Shown piece by piece: positions 12,783-24,059 of a DNA stretch of 64,000 bases. The stretch's first letter is position 1; the number at the start of each line of letters is the position of its first letter. The notes beneath the pieces were generated by a model. The model searched no databases, was not told the DNA's origin, and was given only the letters and a program-made list of their open reading frames with translations. This DNA comes from Dipteris shenzhenensis (lineage: Eukaryota). Both the position numbers and the translations under genes were made by a program. The DNA lies in NCBI GenBank assembly GCA_047967505.1, contig CM106538.1. One strand, written 5' to 3'.

Positions 12783-13413
12783 TCCTGGAAGAAGATTCGA
12801 GCTGCTCCCTGAGGTTGCTCATGTTGGGGGGGGCAGGCGAGGCAGGATGGAACCACCCGTGGAAGTCTGGTAAAGGAGGTCCTGTCTGGGGTAACACTGG
12901 TGATGCCGAAAGTGGTGTTACTGCTCGTGAGAGGACAGGAGTAGGTTGCAGAGTCCACGGATCTGAGAAGGGATAAGGAGCTGCTGTTGGAAGTGGAGGA
13001 TATCCAGGAGAAGGAGTGCCTTTGGAGTGTAAATACTGTCTTGGGGAAGATACAACCTGTATAGGAGGATATCTGGGAGCTGAAGGAGGTGGAGAGTACC
13101 CTGGAGATGCTGAAGGTGAGGGGTAAAATTCTCTCCAAAGATGGACAGCAAACTCTTGAGGAATATCGGGTTGTGGGTATCTTCGTGTCTCGTGGAACAC
13201 AACCTGGACTGTGCTGAGGAAGTAATGTAATTGAGGTGCCTCACGCAGAAGATATAGGATGTGGTCCAAATCACTAGGAGGGCACGTGACACAGAAGACC
13301 CACGATGCAAAAGCTCCGAAATGGGCTGGTTGTGCAATCTGAACACGATATTGTGTGGTAGATGATGCGTGAGGTGTCCTTGAAATGCCGGGTGAATTAC
13401 CAGGGGTTTCCAT
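12769..13413 (-). CDS. Additional 214-aa upstream ORF, outer copy
   Basis: Intact paralog of 6310-6954 with the same 14-nt overlap with the gag ATG. Confidence 0.75.
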   Translation of the reverse strand: METPGNSPGISRTPHASSTTQYRVQIAQPAHFGAFASWVFCVTCPPSDLDHILYLLREAPQLHYFLSTVQVVFHETRRYPQPDIPQEFAVHLWREFYPSPSASPGYSPPPSAPRYPPIQVVSSPRQYLHSKGTPSPGYPPLPTAAPYPFSDPWTLQPTPVLSRAVTPLSASPVLPQTGPPLPDFHGWFHPASPAPPNMSNLREQLESSSRNGTN

Positions 13414-13804
13414 GCTTTAAGGAAACGTCTTTCATTTGCTGTAATTTGATAATGACAAGAGAATCCTTAGAAGTAGAATGGAAAGACTCCACCTGGCAAT
13501 GATTTAATCTGCCAAATTGTTGCGTAGAAGAGGCCTGCAGATTTCTGTCCGGAGGTCCATGTTGCAATGGGTGGCGAGGAGCAGATCTGGGCCTGGCATT
13601 TAATAGGCTGTCTTCATCGCGATAGGAGGCTGAAACTGCTGCTGATCTGGCAGGAAAAAGGTAGCGAACCAAGGAGAGCAGGCTATCAATGGCGCAAACT
13701 GGTTGCAGGCTGATTTGCGACAGAATGGCTGGCTGGCGCTGTGCTCACGCTGCAGGCTGGCAAGGAACAGGGCCGAAAAACCAGCGGGGCTGCAAATGGC
13801 AAGG

Positions 13805-13965
13805 TGGCTGGCAGCGAAATGGCGAGGCAGGGCTGGCAGCGAAATGGCGCAAACAGGGGCTGGCAGCGAGATGGCGCAAACAGGGCTGGCAGCGAAATGG
13901 CGCAAGCAGGGCTGGCAGCGAGCAGGGGCTGGCAGCGAGATGGCGCAAGCAGGGGCTGGCTGCGA
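13805..13965. repeat. Tandem array of ~26-bp GGGCTGGCAGCGARATGGCGCAARCA units in the outer element leader
   Basis: About 5-6 imperfect copies directly visible. Confidence 0.85.
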
Positions 13966-14632
13966 AACCAACCTGATTTGATGAAAAACCTGTAGGCGTT
14001 GAAAAGGTACGTCCCTTTTTTTTTTTGGTTTGGGCTGCCTACATGTAGTGGTTGCCCAAAAATTAAAGGGTGGGTTTAGGGTAACCCTAAGGTAGCTAGG
14101 GTAACCCTAAGGTTGGGGGCTGGGTTTTCCATTTTAACCACTCTAGGTACCCTTTTATAAGTGCTTGGTGCCTAAAAGGTGTGCCTATTCGAAGGGGTGT
14201 GACCCTTGGAATAGGTGCACCTTTTCATGAAGGGGTGTGTCCCTGTTTTTAAAAGGGGTGTCCCTACATGAATAGGTGTGTCCTTTTGTCCACGATGGGG
14301 TGTATCCCTTGGGTGAGGAGTCGTGACTCTTCATCAAAAGGTGTGTCCGATGGTGGAAAATGTGCGTCCCTTGGTTTTAGGACAGGCCAAGCACCTGAAA
14401 AGACACGATTTTTGTCGTGTCCATTCACATCAACTCGTGATGTGTGGGAGATGGAGAGGCCATAGATGACTTTAGGCAGGGTTGGCGCGAAAAATTTTTA
14501 CGCTCATCCTCTCCATCTCTTCCATGCACAATGTGCACGGATATCCTTCTAGTGGAAAAGATGTATCAGATCGGCGCTAGAAGGTGGGGGGCATTTCCTT
14601 ACAGTGGCATCAGAGCAAAATTCGCTCCTACC

Positions 14633-15079
14633 TGTAGAAATCCTAGATTTACTATATTTAGAAATGTGCTAAGGAACAGAAAGGAGACTGAAATAGCAGA
14701 GAACAAGGAATAATTGTATTGCTTGAATGTCTGTAGGGTATCCGTTGTGTCATCCATAGAATTGGGCCTCTCTTATATAGAGAGTGAAGAGTCACACATG
14801 AAAAGGTGTGTACTCCAAAGTGTGTGTGCATGAAGAGGTGTGTACCCCTTGTGAAGGGTGTGACCCTTGATGAGAGGGTACATTACAATAGAAATGTCTC
14901 TTCAATAGAGTGTCTCTTGTGAAGGGTTGTGCCTCATAGGAAGTGTCGCGTCGAAAGGGCAAGGGTTGTGCCTCATAGGAAGTGTCCCGTCGAAAGGGCA
15001 TACCCTTCCACAAGTGTCCATTCATCAAAGCATCCATAAGTCTAGAAATAGAGAAAGGAATACGTCACAGATCGTGACA
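14633..15079 (-). repeat. 5' LTR of outer chromovirus
   Basis: Homologous to 39-450, contains an internal duplication, and is followed by TSD AGCGA. Confidence 0.93.
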
Positions 15080-15483
15080 AGCGACACCTTTTTGTAGAAG
15101 GATTAGCCACAACTAACACCTCTTATTAGCACGTACTGAAGAAGCACCATCTGGATATTGCCTATGTGCTGTTTTTTGACCAGCTACAAGTTGGAGAAAA
15201 GCTCTTCTTGCTCGATTATGGGAAGCAGTTCCAATAGTTTCTCAAAGATAGGTAGAGTTACAACAAATTTTGTGAGTTTTCTCGAAAGTTTGGCACCTGT
15301 TCGAGATTAAAAAATGAAAGATTGCTTCTATGTAAATTGTGTTTGACAAGAATAGGCCCTTGATCAATCATGATTTGATCTTGAGCTTGTTCTAGGTTTT
15401 GAATGAATTTTGGCATAGTTTGGAACTTTGATTGGAGTTTTCCTCCTTCCTAGTGGATGTTTTTTCACATTTGGGAATAGATT

Positions 15484-15730
15484 TCTACTCTAGAATTGGC
15501 AATTTCATGCTAGACCATTCAAGAAGAGTACATGCAGAATTCAAAGACTGCAGCCGTATTTTCAGAATTGCAGGAGCCCTCATGCCAGGATCATCTTGAT
15601 TAAGTTGCATAACAGGTTGTTGTGGTTCTACTCTAGAATTGACAATTTCATGCTAGACCATTCAAGAAGAGTACATGCAGAATTCAAAGACTGCAGCCGT
15701 ATTTTCAGAATTAGGATCATCTTGATTTTA
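15484..15730. repeat. Two-copy direct repeat (~85-bp core, ~143-bp spacing)
   Basis: TCTACTCTAGAATTGRCAATTTCATGCTAGACCATTCAAGAAGAGTACATGCAGAATTC... occurs twice. Confidence 0.85.
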
Positions 15731-16200
15731 AGTTGCATAACGGGATGTTGTGGTTTCGGAACAAAATCTACTTGGTTCTAGACTCACAATATAGACAGCT
15801 AGTGTTGAGAGAAATGCATTCTTCTCCTATGGTTACATGTGCCACAAAAACATATGACAGGGTAAGGCAAAGTGTCTTCTAGGAAAGTCTATGCATCAAT
15901 GTAAGGGGTACTTTTAGTGGACTTTGGCACCAGCTGGCCTCTTTTGGCTGATGAATTCATTGCTGGTCATTAATTGAGGCTATTAGAATAGTTTTTATTG
16001 GGGTGCATGAAGATTTCTTAGTGTTATTATACTAGGATTCAATCGTCGGTTCAAGTTTCTGACTCAACGAACGTGGAAGATGATTGTGAGTGCCTTCATG
16101 GAAGAAGGATGAACAAAGCATGAGGACTTCGTTTTCATCCTGCTCCATTAGATGAGTTTTGGACACTTGAGATCCACGGTACTCACATCTTGGCTAGATG

Positions 16201-16687
16201 CATAGTGCCCAGAAATGGTGTTTCTTGGCATTCGAAATGGTTCGTCGTTGCGTCAAAGGAAATTAATAATAAATATAGTGGGGCATTGGGGCCTAGGCAG
16301 GGGTCGAACTCATGAACCCTAGCACACACACACCTGCCTCAACCACTGAGCTAGAACCCCATTGGCCGGTAGTGCAGTTTTTGCCCCAAACCCTGCGACC
16401 CCTTCCCGTGCTGCCACGGCCGTTTTTTTGCGCAGCTCCGCTCCACCCTCTCAGCCCTCTCACCCTTACAACCCTCTCAGCCCTCTCACCCTTACAACCC
16501 TCTCAACCCTCTCAGCCTACAACTCTTTCCCTCTCCAGCCTCTCTCCTTGCTCTCCTCAGCCCTTGCCCTCTCCTCTCCTCCTTGTCCTCCTCTCAGCCC
16601 TTATATAATTATCTGGTGGCCGAAACTCTGAAACACCGTTTCCCGCTTGTTTCCGTTTCCCTGTTTCTGAAACTCGTGGGAACTATG
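16201..16687. mobile_element. hAT-type non-autonomous element (MITE), copy 1
   Basis: Imperfect TIRs CATAGTGCCCA / TGGGAACTATG. 8-bp TSD GCTAGATG at 16193-16200 and 16688-16695. Subterminal GAAAC/GTTTC repeats. Confidence 0.8.
16288..16360 (-). other. tRNA-like (SINE-head-like) cassette with Pol III A/B boxes inside the MITE
   Basis: Minus strand reads GGGGTTCTAGCTCAGTGGTTGAGGC...GAGTTCGACCCCTGCCTAGGCCCC. The anticodon region is replaced by (GT)n. Confidence 0.6.
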
Positions 16688-16965
16688 GCTAGATGGGCTT
16701 GATCTATTGTTTTTGTCTTGTTTATTGAAGCATTGTGTCCCTTGGTTTTTAGTTTTATTTTCTCTTAGGGTTTTAGAGATTTTGTCCTATTTTCTAGCAT
16801 GCGTTTTGTATTAAGATTCGGCATATTTGAATGCATAAACATGCCAGGTGCTTGAGCTTTGGGTGCCAGAAGGTTGAACAAAGCATGAGGAGTTCGTTTT
16901 CAGCCTGTTCCGTTAGATGAGTTTTGGACACTTGAGATCCACGGTTCTCACATCTTGGCTAGATG

Positions 16966-17493
16966 CATAGTGCCCAGAAACGGCGTTTCTTGGCACCCGA
17001 AACGGTTCGTCGTTGCGGCGCCGTTTCTGAAACCCAAAACGGCGTTTCGGGTAGGCCATTAAAAGAAAATAAATAATAAATATAGTGGGGCATGGGGCCT
17101 AGGCAGGGGTCGAACTCACGCACCCTAGCACACACACACCTGCCTCAACCACCGAGCTAGAACCCCATTGGCTGGTAGTGTGGTTTTTGCCCCAAACCCT
17201 ACGACCCCTTCTCGCACCTCCACGGCCGTTTCTTTGCGGAGCTCCGCTCCACCGTCTCCTCCTCGCTCTCTCGCAGCCCTGTCAGCCATCGCAACCCTCT
17301 CAACCTACAATTCTTTCCCTCTCCAACGTCTCTCCTTGCTCTCCTCAGCCCTTGCTCTCTCCTTTGCTCCTTGTCCTCCTCTCAGCCCTTATATAATTAA
17401 GCTTAAAAAGCGGGACTCCATTTCCACTGTTTCTTCTGGTGGCCGAAACTCTGAAACATCGTTTCCCTGTTTCTGAAACTCGTGGGAACTATG
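16966..17493. mobile_element. hAT-type MITE, copy 2
   Basis: Same TIRs and the same TSD GCTAGATG (16958-16965, 17494-17501), so it was duplicated with its flank. tRNA-like cassette at 17094-17166. Confidence 0.8.
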
Positions 17494-17902
17494 GCTAGAT
17501 GGGCTTAATCTATTGTTTTTGTCTTGTTTATTGAAGCATTGTAATTCCCTCCTATAGTTGTAAACGAGTGGTTTTTAGTTTTATTTTCTCTTAGGGTTTT
17601 AGAGATTTTGTCCTATATTCTAGCATACGTTTTGTATTAAGATTCAGCATATCTGAATGCAGAAGCTAGGTGCTTGAGCTTTGGGAGGGAGGAATCATTT
17701 TGGCACCTAATGCTGGCTCACTTTTTTTGCATTCTATTTTCTTCAACCCTGCGTGTTTGATTTCACAATTCAAATCTTTATGCACTATGCTCAACAAAGT
17801 CTCATTTGATATTTTGATTCGATACGACTCCGTGTGTCGGTCCACAACCCAACACGATCGAACCTCACATGAAATAGCCTTCATTACATTCGAATGCCTT
17901 GG

Positions 17903-19481
17903 TGTTAGAAATATTCATATTTCCTATGTAATAAGGGGCTAAGGGCACTTTTTAAAACCTTTCATTAGATTTTCTCCCCCTAGGGCCTAACCTCAATTAG
18001 CGGTTGAGTTTGTGGGTGCGTTAGTCAGCACACATGTTTTGACCCTAATTAGGGTCCATCCTAGGGTTTTGTCTCTATGACTATCCTATTCTTGTACTTC
18101 ATTCTCGTTGCTGCAATTGCACTTTAGCTTCCTTCAGCTTCATTCTCTCACACTCTCTCGCTTCCATTTCCAACATCTGGTATCAGAGCCAAGCTCCCCT
18201 TGCTCCCCATCATCTCTTGTACACATGTGGAGTTGTTCAAGTCTCGTTTTCGTCTCAAAGATTGCAGCCTCCATTTCGTTTTTTAGGGCAGGCTGTAGTT
18301 GAGAGCCGTCCAAGGTAAAGCGAGTTGATAGGAGGCTGGTTCCAGCCTGGGCAACTTATCTGCAACAACTTTTGTCAGGCTTTGGAGCGTTTTTTTAGCA
18401 TTTTGTCCTATTTTCAGGCTGGAAATTCAAATCTGCTGCTGTGCCCTTGCTTCTGAATCCTTCTAGAGCTGGGTGACTGATTCTGAGTAGTTTTTCTTTC
18501 TCTAGAGCCATAGTTCCTGTCGGCCGGCTATTTTATGCACTATTTTTGGGCTATTTTTGCTAGCCTTGTTACCGAAAGCCACTCCCAACCCTTACTTTGT
18601 TGCGCATCGGGTCGGGTCTTGTCTTCATTCGTCGCACGTTTATCTCCTTCAGAGGAGATTGGGCTCTGCAATTGGCTATTTGGTTCAGGACTGAGGTGAT
18701 TTTCAGTGGGTTTATGCCTTGTTGTGCCAAGCATTGGATCAGATTGTGAGATTGTAGTACATATCGCAGCAAGGAAATTTTTTGGCAGTTTCAAGGTGCA
18801 TCCTCGAGCAAAGTATTAGCTTTGAAAGTGTTTTCTTGCTCAAGCAGGGCGTTTGGAGCACCTAAGCTTTTCTAAGTTTTCTTGCCTCCTCTAACTTTGC
18901 TCAATGGCACATAATAATCTAAATGAGCTCTTTCGGATGCTTTCCCAGGAGCATAGGTTGGATGACACCAACTATTTGTTGGAAAGGTCACCTCCCCATC
19001 TGTCGTGGGGGAGGGAGACCTAGGGCAGGATGTGCCCAAAGACAGATTACCTAGATGTGTGGATCTGGGACAGATCTGGAGCATTCATGGTTGGTGGGGT
19101 ATCCCAAGGATGAAAGGCTGCATTAGGAGTAGCCCATGTGCAGGAAGATGGCGGGGACACATTGTCTTGGATCAGGCCTGGCATGAGGCACTCAGAGGAC
19201 AGCTTCAGGATGTCACAAAGGCGCGGTGCAGGCGGGTCAGGAGCGAGCTTGATGATAAGGTGCAAAAGTGCATTTTTGTTGGCTACAACAGTGAAAGCAA
19301 GGGATGCAAGATTTATAATCCTGTGACCAAGGTGGTCTTAATGAGTTGGGATGTTATTTTTGCAGAAAATGCTGATCTGCCCCTTGTTGTTTTTGATGGG
19401 AATCAGAGTTCTTCTGATGCCTTTGATGGGCTGCTGGCCATCTCATTTGATGCTGCACCTAACATGCCTATGGAAAATTAA
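17903..19481 (+). mobile_element. Decayed Ty1/copia remnant (putative LTR 17903-18175, PBS, post-integrase fragment)
   Basis: ...CAACA followed by PBS TGGTATCAGAGCC (18178-18190). Peptide LDDKVQKCIFVGYNSESKGCKIYNP...SWDVIFAE at ~19245-19370. Confidence 0.7.
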
Positions 19482-21933
19482 AATTTGTGGCAAGGTACTC
19501 CAATGGTTGATGCCTCAGTTCAGCCTATGGTTGATCCAGTCAATCAGCAAGGGATTGAAGATGCAGTGGCACGTGAAAGTACAGCTATGCAGGAAGGAAA
19601 GACAGTTCCTCTTTGCTGCTCTGCTGTAACAATAGTGAAATGTAGGTTTGTTGACAGCTAGATAATAGGCTCTGTTAGCCAATTAAGAGCCCTACTAATT
19701 GTAGTTGCTGTAGTATTTTTCTTGTATTTTTGTTTTCAGGATTGATTGTTGGCTTGCCACATGGCAAACCTATTGTATTATCCCATAAGCAATGGTGTGC
19801 TGGTCCACATTTCTGAATCTATATAAGGGGCTTCAGCTGTACTTTCAGATTCATTCAAATCTAATGCAAGTACTGTTAGAGGTCAACATCTCCTGATGTC
19901 ACCTAGAGAGAGGGGCCCCTGCTTGTCGGTGTGCCCACCCAATGAGTGAGGCTAGTATAGCTGAGTGAGGGCCCGTGGGTATGCCCGTCCCTGTGAGAGT
20001 AGGACTGTGGCCAGTGCGCTTTGCTGGTCCATGTGTTGCCACGATGGCCATGGAGGTTCCAGGGAGGGGTTTGGGGTTGTATGGGCAGATCTGCCCTGTT
20101 GTGCTGCCACAGGTCTGCCCTTATAGGTGCCTCCTATGGGCCGTATATGAGGGCTGTGGAGCAGGGGGTGGGCTGACCTGCAGTTCGGCCACCTTGGCTA
20201 TTGGCAGCCTCCCATAGGCTGGGGGATGAGCCCCCTTTATATGGCTGTGTGCAGCCCTAGTGGTGGGTCTGCCCGCCTAGGCTGGTCAGCCCTGCATGAG
20301 GAGGTTGGCCCCCTTCTAGATCAGCCAACTAGGCAGGGGGGCTGCCTATAAATATAGGCCCCCCTTTCTCCTCTATGTCCATCACTTGGAGCAGGTGTGT
20401 GGAGCAGTACTTCGCACTCTAGAGTGCAGCAGTTGAGCACCTCTTGTACCTCTCTTGTGCATTGCCGTGGAACCTAGACTGAACACAACAACCTCACCTC
20501 ATGAGCTATCTTTACATCAAGTCACTCCAAAAGCACTTTGAGCTTATAGGGTTGATCTTTACCTTACTCTTTCAAACTGTGTACCCCAGAAACCACTTTT
20601 CTTGGAACTAATGAACAATTGATGCTCCTTCAACAAGTTGAGCACAATTTTCAGATGCCTCTTGTGCTCTTTCTCACCTTTGCTGAAAAATATACTGTTA
20701 GGAAAGATCTATGTGCTTGGAAGATGCAACTTACCAGTTGATTTAAAATGACTGGAGCTTTGCTTAACCCAAATGAGACCTCGAAATACTCAGAAAGACT
20801 AGTGCTGTCCAAAAATGCAGCTTTGTGTATGTCTTGTCATACTATTCTCATTTGACAATAACAAATCTTATGGTCTAATTTTAGCCCCTATCAAGGTGTC
20901 CAATGTCTCACCAATTCACGGAATCGGGAATCTATTCTTTAGTCATCTTGTTCAAAGCTTTTTAATCCAACTAAAGGTCACCTCCTCCAGTGAGAGAAGC
21001 ACGGGCAAACAAAACAGCGATCAACGTAGTCAGATTAAACCTCGCTCAAGCAATTCTTAAACTTGGCTTTGAATTTTTTTCTATTGTAGCTTACTTGCTC
21101 TATAAGGAGGTCGATAAAGTACGTCTCTGCTTAGAAAGCTAGACTATCCCCCAAGTGAACTCTTGTTGGATGCGCCTCACTCGCAGAAGGATCTTGAGTG
21201 CCAGAGCCCTTGTTGTGAAGGGCAATTCCATAAGTATTGGTTATAGGGTTCATTGTCCCACGTGTAAGCCCCCAACGAGGAGAGCACAGGACCTGTGTAG
21301 AATGGGGGAAAGCGAGCTCGGGTGAAGCCCCACGCAATGAGATTTTCCTAGAGGGCTGCTGCTGATGGACTATGGGCCATGCCACCTGGATTTTGAGTCA
21401 CTCTTAATATCCTTTTATATCCTATTGTTGAATTTTTTAAATAATGTAATGTTTGAACAATGTTTGTGCTTGCAACCTGAGATTGGGGAACTTCTATTTG
21501 TGCCCCTTTTTATAAAAGGGCTCGATCTTGTTACCTCATCTAAATATAGTGTCGATTTGTGAATTGAAAACCATATTTATAATGTATCTTTCACTTGTCT
21601 TTGTATCCCAATGATAGATGCTAGCCTGTAGAAAATCATAATCTTTTTCTTCGCATTTATCCAATTCATTTTCTGACAGGTGACGTGGCATTGTGGACAC
21701 GCATGTGCGTGTGAATATGTGTCATAGTGAACTGTACGGAGCAGCGGGAAAGCTCTCCGTACAGTTTCTTCCTGCTGTTCCGTACAGCCTATCCCGCGCA
21801 GGCCTTCCGTACAGCCTCTCCGTACAGCTTCTGCCGTACTGTTTTTGCACCTTCTCCCGGTGCCTTTCCGTACAGTTACTCTGTCTGCTTTGTCTTTCGC
21901 TCTATTTCTTCCTTGCTTTGCCATATCTCAATC

Positions 21934-23143
21934 ATGGCTTCAGGTTCAGATGTCTGTACATATGCTAGAAAAGAAAGATCTGCAGATGCCAAGCGTCGTC
22001 CTTCTCAGCCTGCATCTCAGGATGATGAGCTTACTATGGAAGCTCAATATGTGTTTGATACACTCAAGGATGACTTTCAGCAGTCACGACAGGAATGGGG
22101 CAAACCAGTTCCGGAGGTCACATACAAATTGAAATTGCCCTCCCTTGTGAATCCCCTCAGGAAGCTATCTCAAACCACGGTAATTATTTTCTTTCCAGGA
22201 AGTCCCAGCCGCTAGTGATGTTGCGCAATGGATCAAGTCTATCCTTGGAGGATGTTTTGTAGAGGGTGTATATTTTGCCTCCAGAGGCTTTTATGAGGTG
22301 CATTTATCAGATGCTTTGTGCAAGCAGAGGCTCCTTGAGCTTTCTCCCCTCTTTTATGGGAAGCAGAGGGTACATGCCATGCCTTGGTCCCCAAACAAGG
22401 ACTACCAAAGTCTTATACGTCATCATTGTCCTGTATGGGTTGAGATTGTTAACTTCCCGGACTATATGCATGAAGAATTGCTTGGCCTGGCCGCTTCATT
22501 GGGACAGGTCATTTGCCCTCCACGCCCCATGGGAAATCGTAACAGATTTTGCATCCTCTGGGACACTGACATACCTAACCCTCCTTCTATTGCAGTGGAA
22601 GTTGAGGGTGTGCAATTGGGGAAAAAGTTTTTTGACTTGAAATGGGGTGTATTTGCAGGTGCTTGCTTTGCCTGCCACAAGTTTGGGCATCTAGCCTCTG
22701 AATGCCCAATGGTTCTGCATCAACCCCCTCCTAATGCCTTGCCACCTCTGACAAGGGAAAAGAATGAGAATTTGCAAGCCAAGGCAGCAAATCGAAATGA
22801 AGCAAAGAATGCTAAACCAGTTAATCAGGTGCAATCACTTGTTGGAAAAGGGAAAGAAAAAGAAAAAGAGAAGATGAAGGAATCTGTGGGGACAGATCGG
22901 GATGGGTTTCAACAGCCTAAGAAGGTGGTTGTATTGAAGCAACGCCCCTTTCAATCTCGGCAATGGGATGCTTCCTCTCCTTTACCAGGACAGGCTTCTA
23001 CTTCAGCTCCTGTCCTTCAAAATTGGGTGGGGGTTTTGAAGAAGGGTATCCCCATATGTGATTCTGAAGAAGGGGAGAATGCCATATCTTTTATGGATCA
23101 TGAAAGCCTGCAACCCATGCAGGCAGAGGCTTTGCCTCTCTGA
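21934..23143 (+). pseudogene. LINE ORF1 (DUF4283-like region + CCHC zinc knuckle), frameshifted near 22200
   Basis: ATG at 21934. PVWVEIVNFP motif and CFACHKFGHLASEC knuckle in ORF 22298-23143. Confidence 0.85.
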
Positions 23144-23839
23144 TATCTTGTTTCATATTTACATTTATATATCTCTTTTATGCATCAAACACTTAAGTGC
23201 TTTACATACAATGTACAGAGCCTCTGCAATGTCTCAAAGTGGAGGCTTTTCTGGAATTATGTACATAAAATGCAGCCAGATATTGTTTGTTTGCAAGAGC
23301 ATAATCAACACTCTAAGGCTGGTCATCATGATCACTTTGGCGGCTATGATATTTATTATGCTGGTACCACTACCTATTCAGGTGTATGCATAATGGTCAG
23401 ACATGAGCTGGAGCCTCAGTTAGCATTCAATGACAGCAGTGGCCGACGGATAGTCATACAATGTAATGTCAACGGTGACATTCTTGAGCTTGCATCAGTT
23501 TATGCCTCCCAGACCTCTGCCGTGAGGGCTTCTCTATGGGAATCTTTAAGCAAATATCCATGGAGATCAAATGCCTTTATCTGTGGAGATTTTAACAATT
23601 CTCCTCTGCTGAGAGATAACACCACTTCAAGATCTCATATGCTTTATCGGAAAGACAGAAATGGGATAGCATGCTTCTCTCTGTGCAGGCTGAAGATTTA
23701 TGGCTGCTTCTACAAGGGTCAGTGCCCGGATATACTTTCCATCATAATGCATGTACCACATACTGGGCAAGGCTTGACAGATGGTATCTGTTCTATCCAC
23801 AACAATATGCAGATTTTAGCCTTCATCTCCAAATTCTTC

Positions 23840-24059
23840 TTGTGCCCACTCCAGTAGTGGCTGTAAGAGCACTTAGCTCATACAGGTTGTTTCTCCTTAA
23901 TCCTGTGCCAACAAGATTGCCAGCACTATCCATAGTTTTTGCTCTTGTCTTGTTGAACCTCACCTCATGGTTAAGGTCAGTTGTGGAAGCAACTGATTGC
24001 AAATTTCTCTTGATTTGTGGAACATACAGCACATTAGATAGTTTCAGTAATATGTGCAA
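23840..24059 (-). pseudogene. Ty1/copia pol fragment inverted inside the LINE
   Basis: LSNVLYVPQIKRNLQSVA...GLRRNNLYEL resembles the copia region between protease and integrase. Confidence 0.75.

Larger units (their letters stand above)
39..15079 (-). mobile_element. Ty3/gypsy chromovirus LTR retrotransposon (outer, older, degenerate copy) interrupted by a nested copy
   Basis: LTRs 39-450 and 14633-15079 (TG...CA). 5-bp TSD AGCGA at 34-38 and 15080-15084. PPT (TCCCCTCCCACTC on +) at 451-463. gag-pol fragments on the minus strand. Confidence 0.95.
16111..17683. repeat. Tandem segmental duplication (~770-810-bp units)
   Basis: Units start GAACAAAGCATGAGGA at ~16111 and ~16876 and are colinear to AGGTGCTTGAGCTTTGGG. 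Confidence 0.9.

Noticed and set aside
13397-13672. 91-aa ORF further upstream of the accessory ORF in the outer element
   Set aside because: The homologous region in the inner copy (~6938-7170) has frame-shifting indels and a stop, so it is not conserved as coding.
16288-16360. Functional tRNA gene
   Set aside because: The anticodon arm is replaced by (GT)n and the T-arm pairs poorly. Kept only as a tRNA-derived cassette.
19874-20490. Possible solo LTR (TGTTAG...CAACA, with TATA-like motif)
   Set aside because: No matching TSD or partner LTR could be identified.
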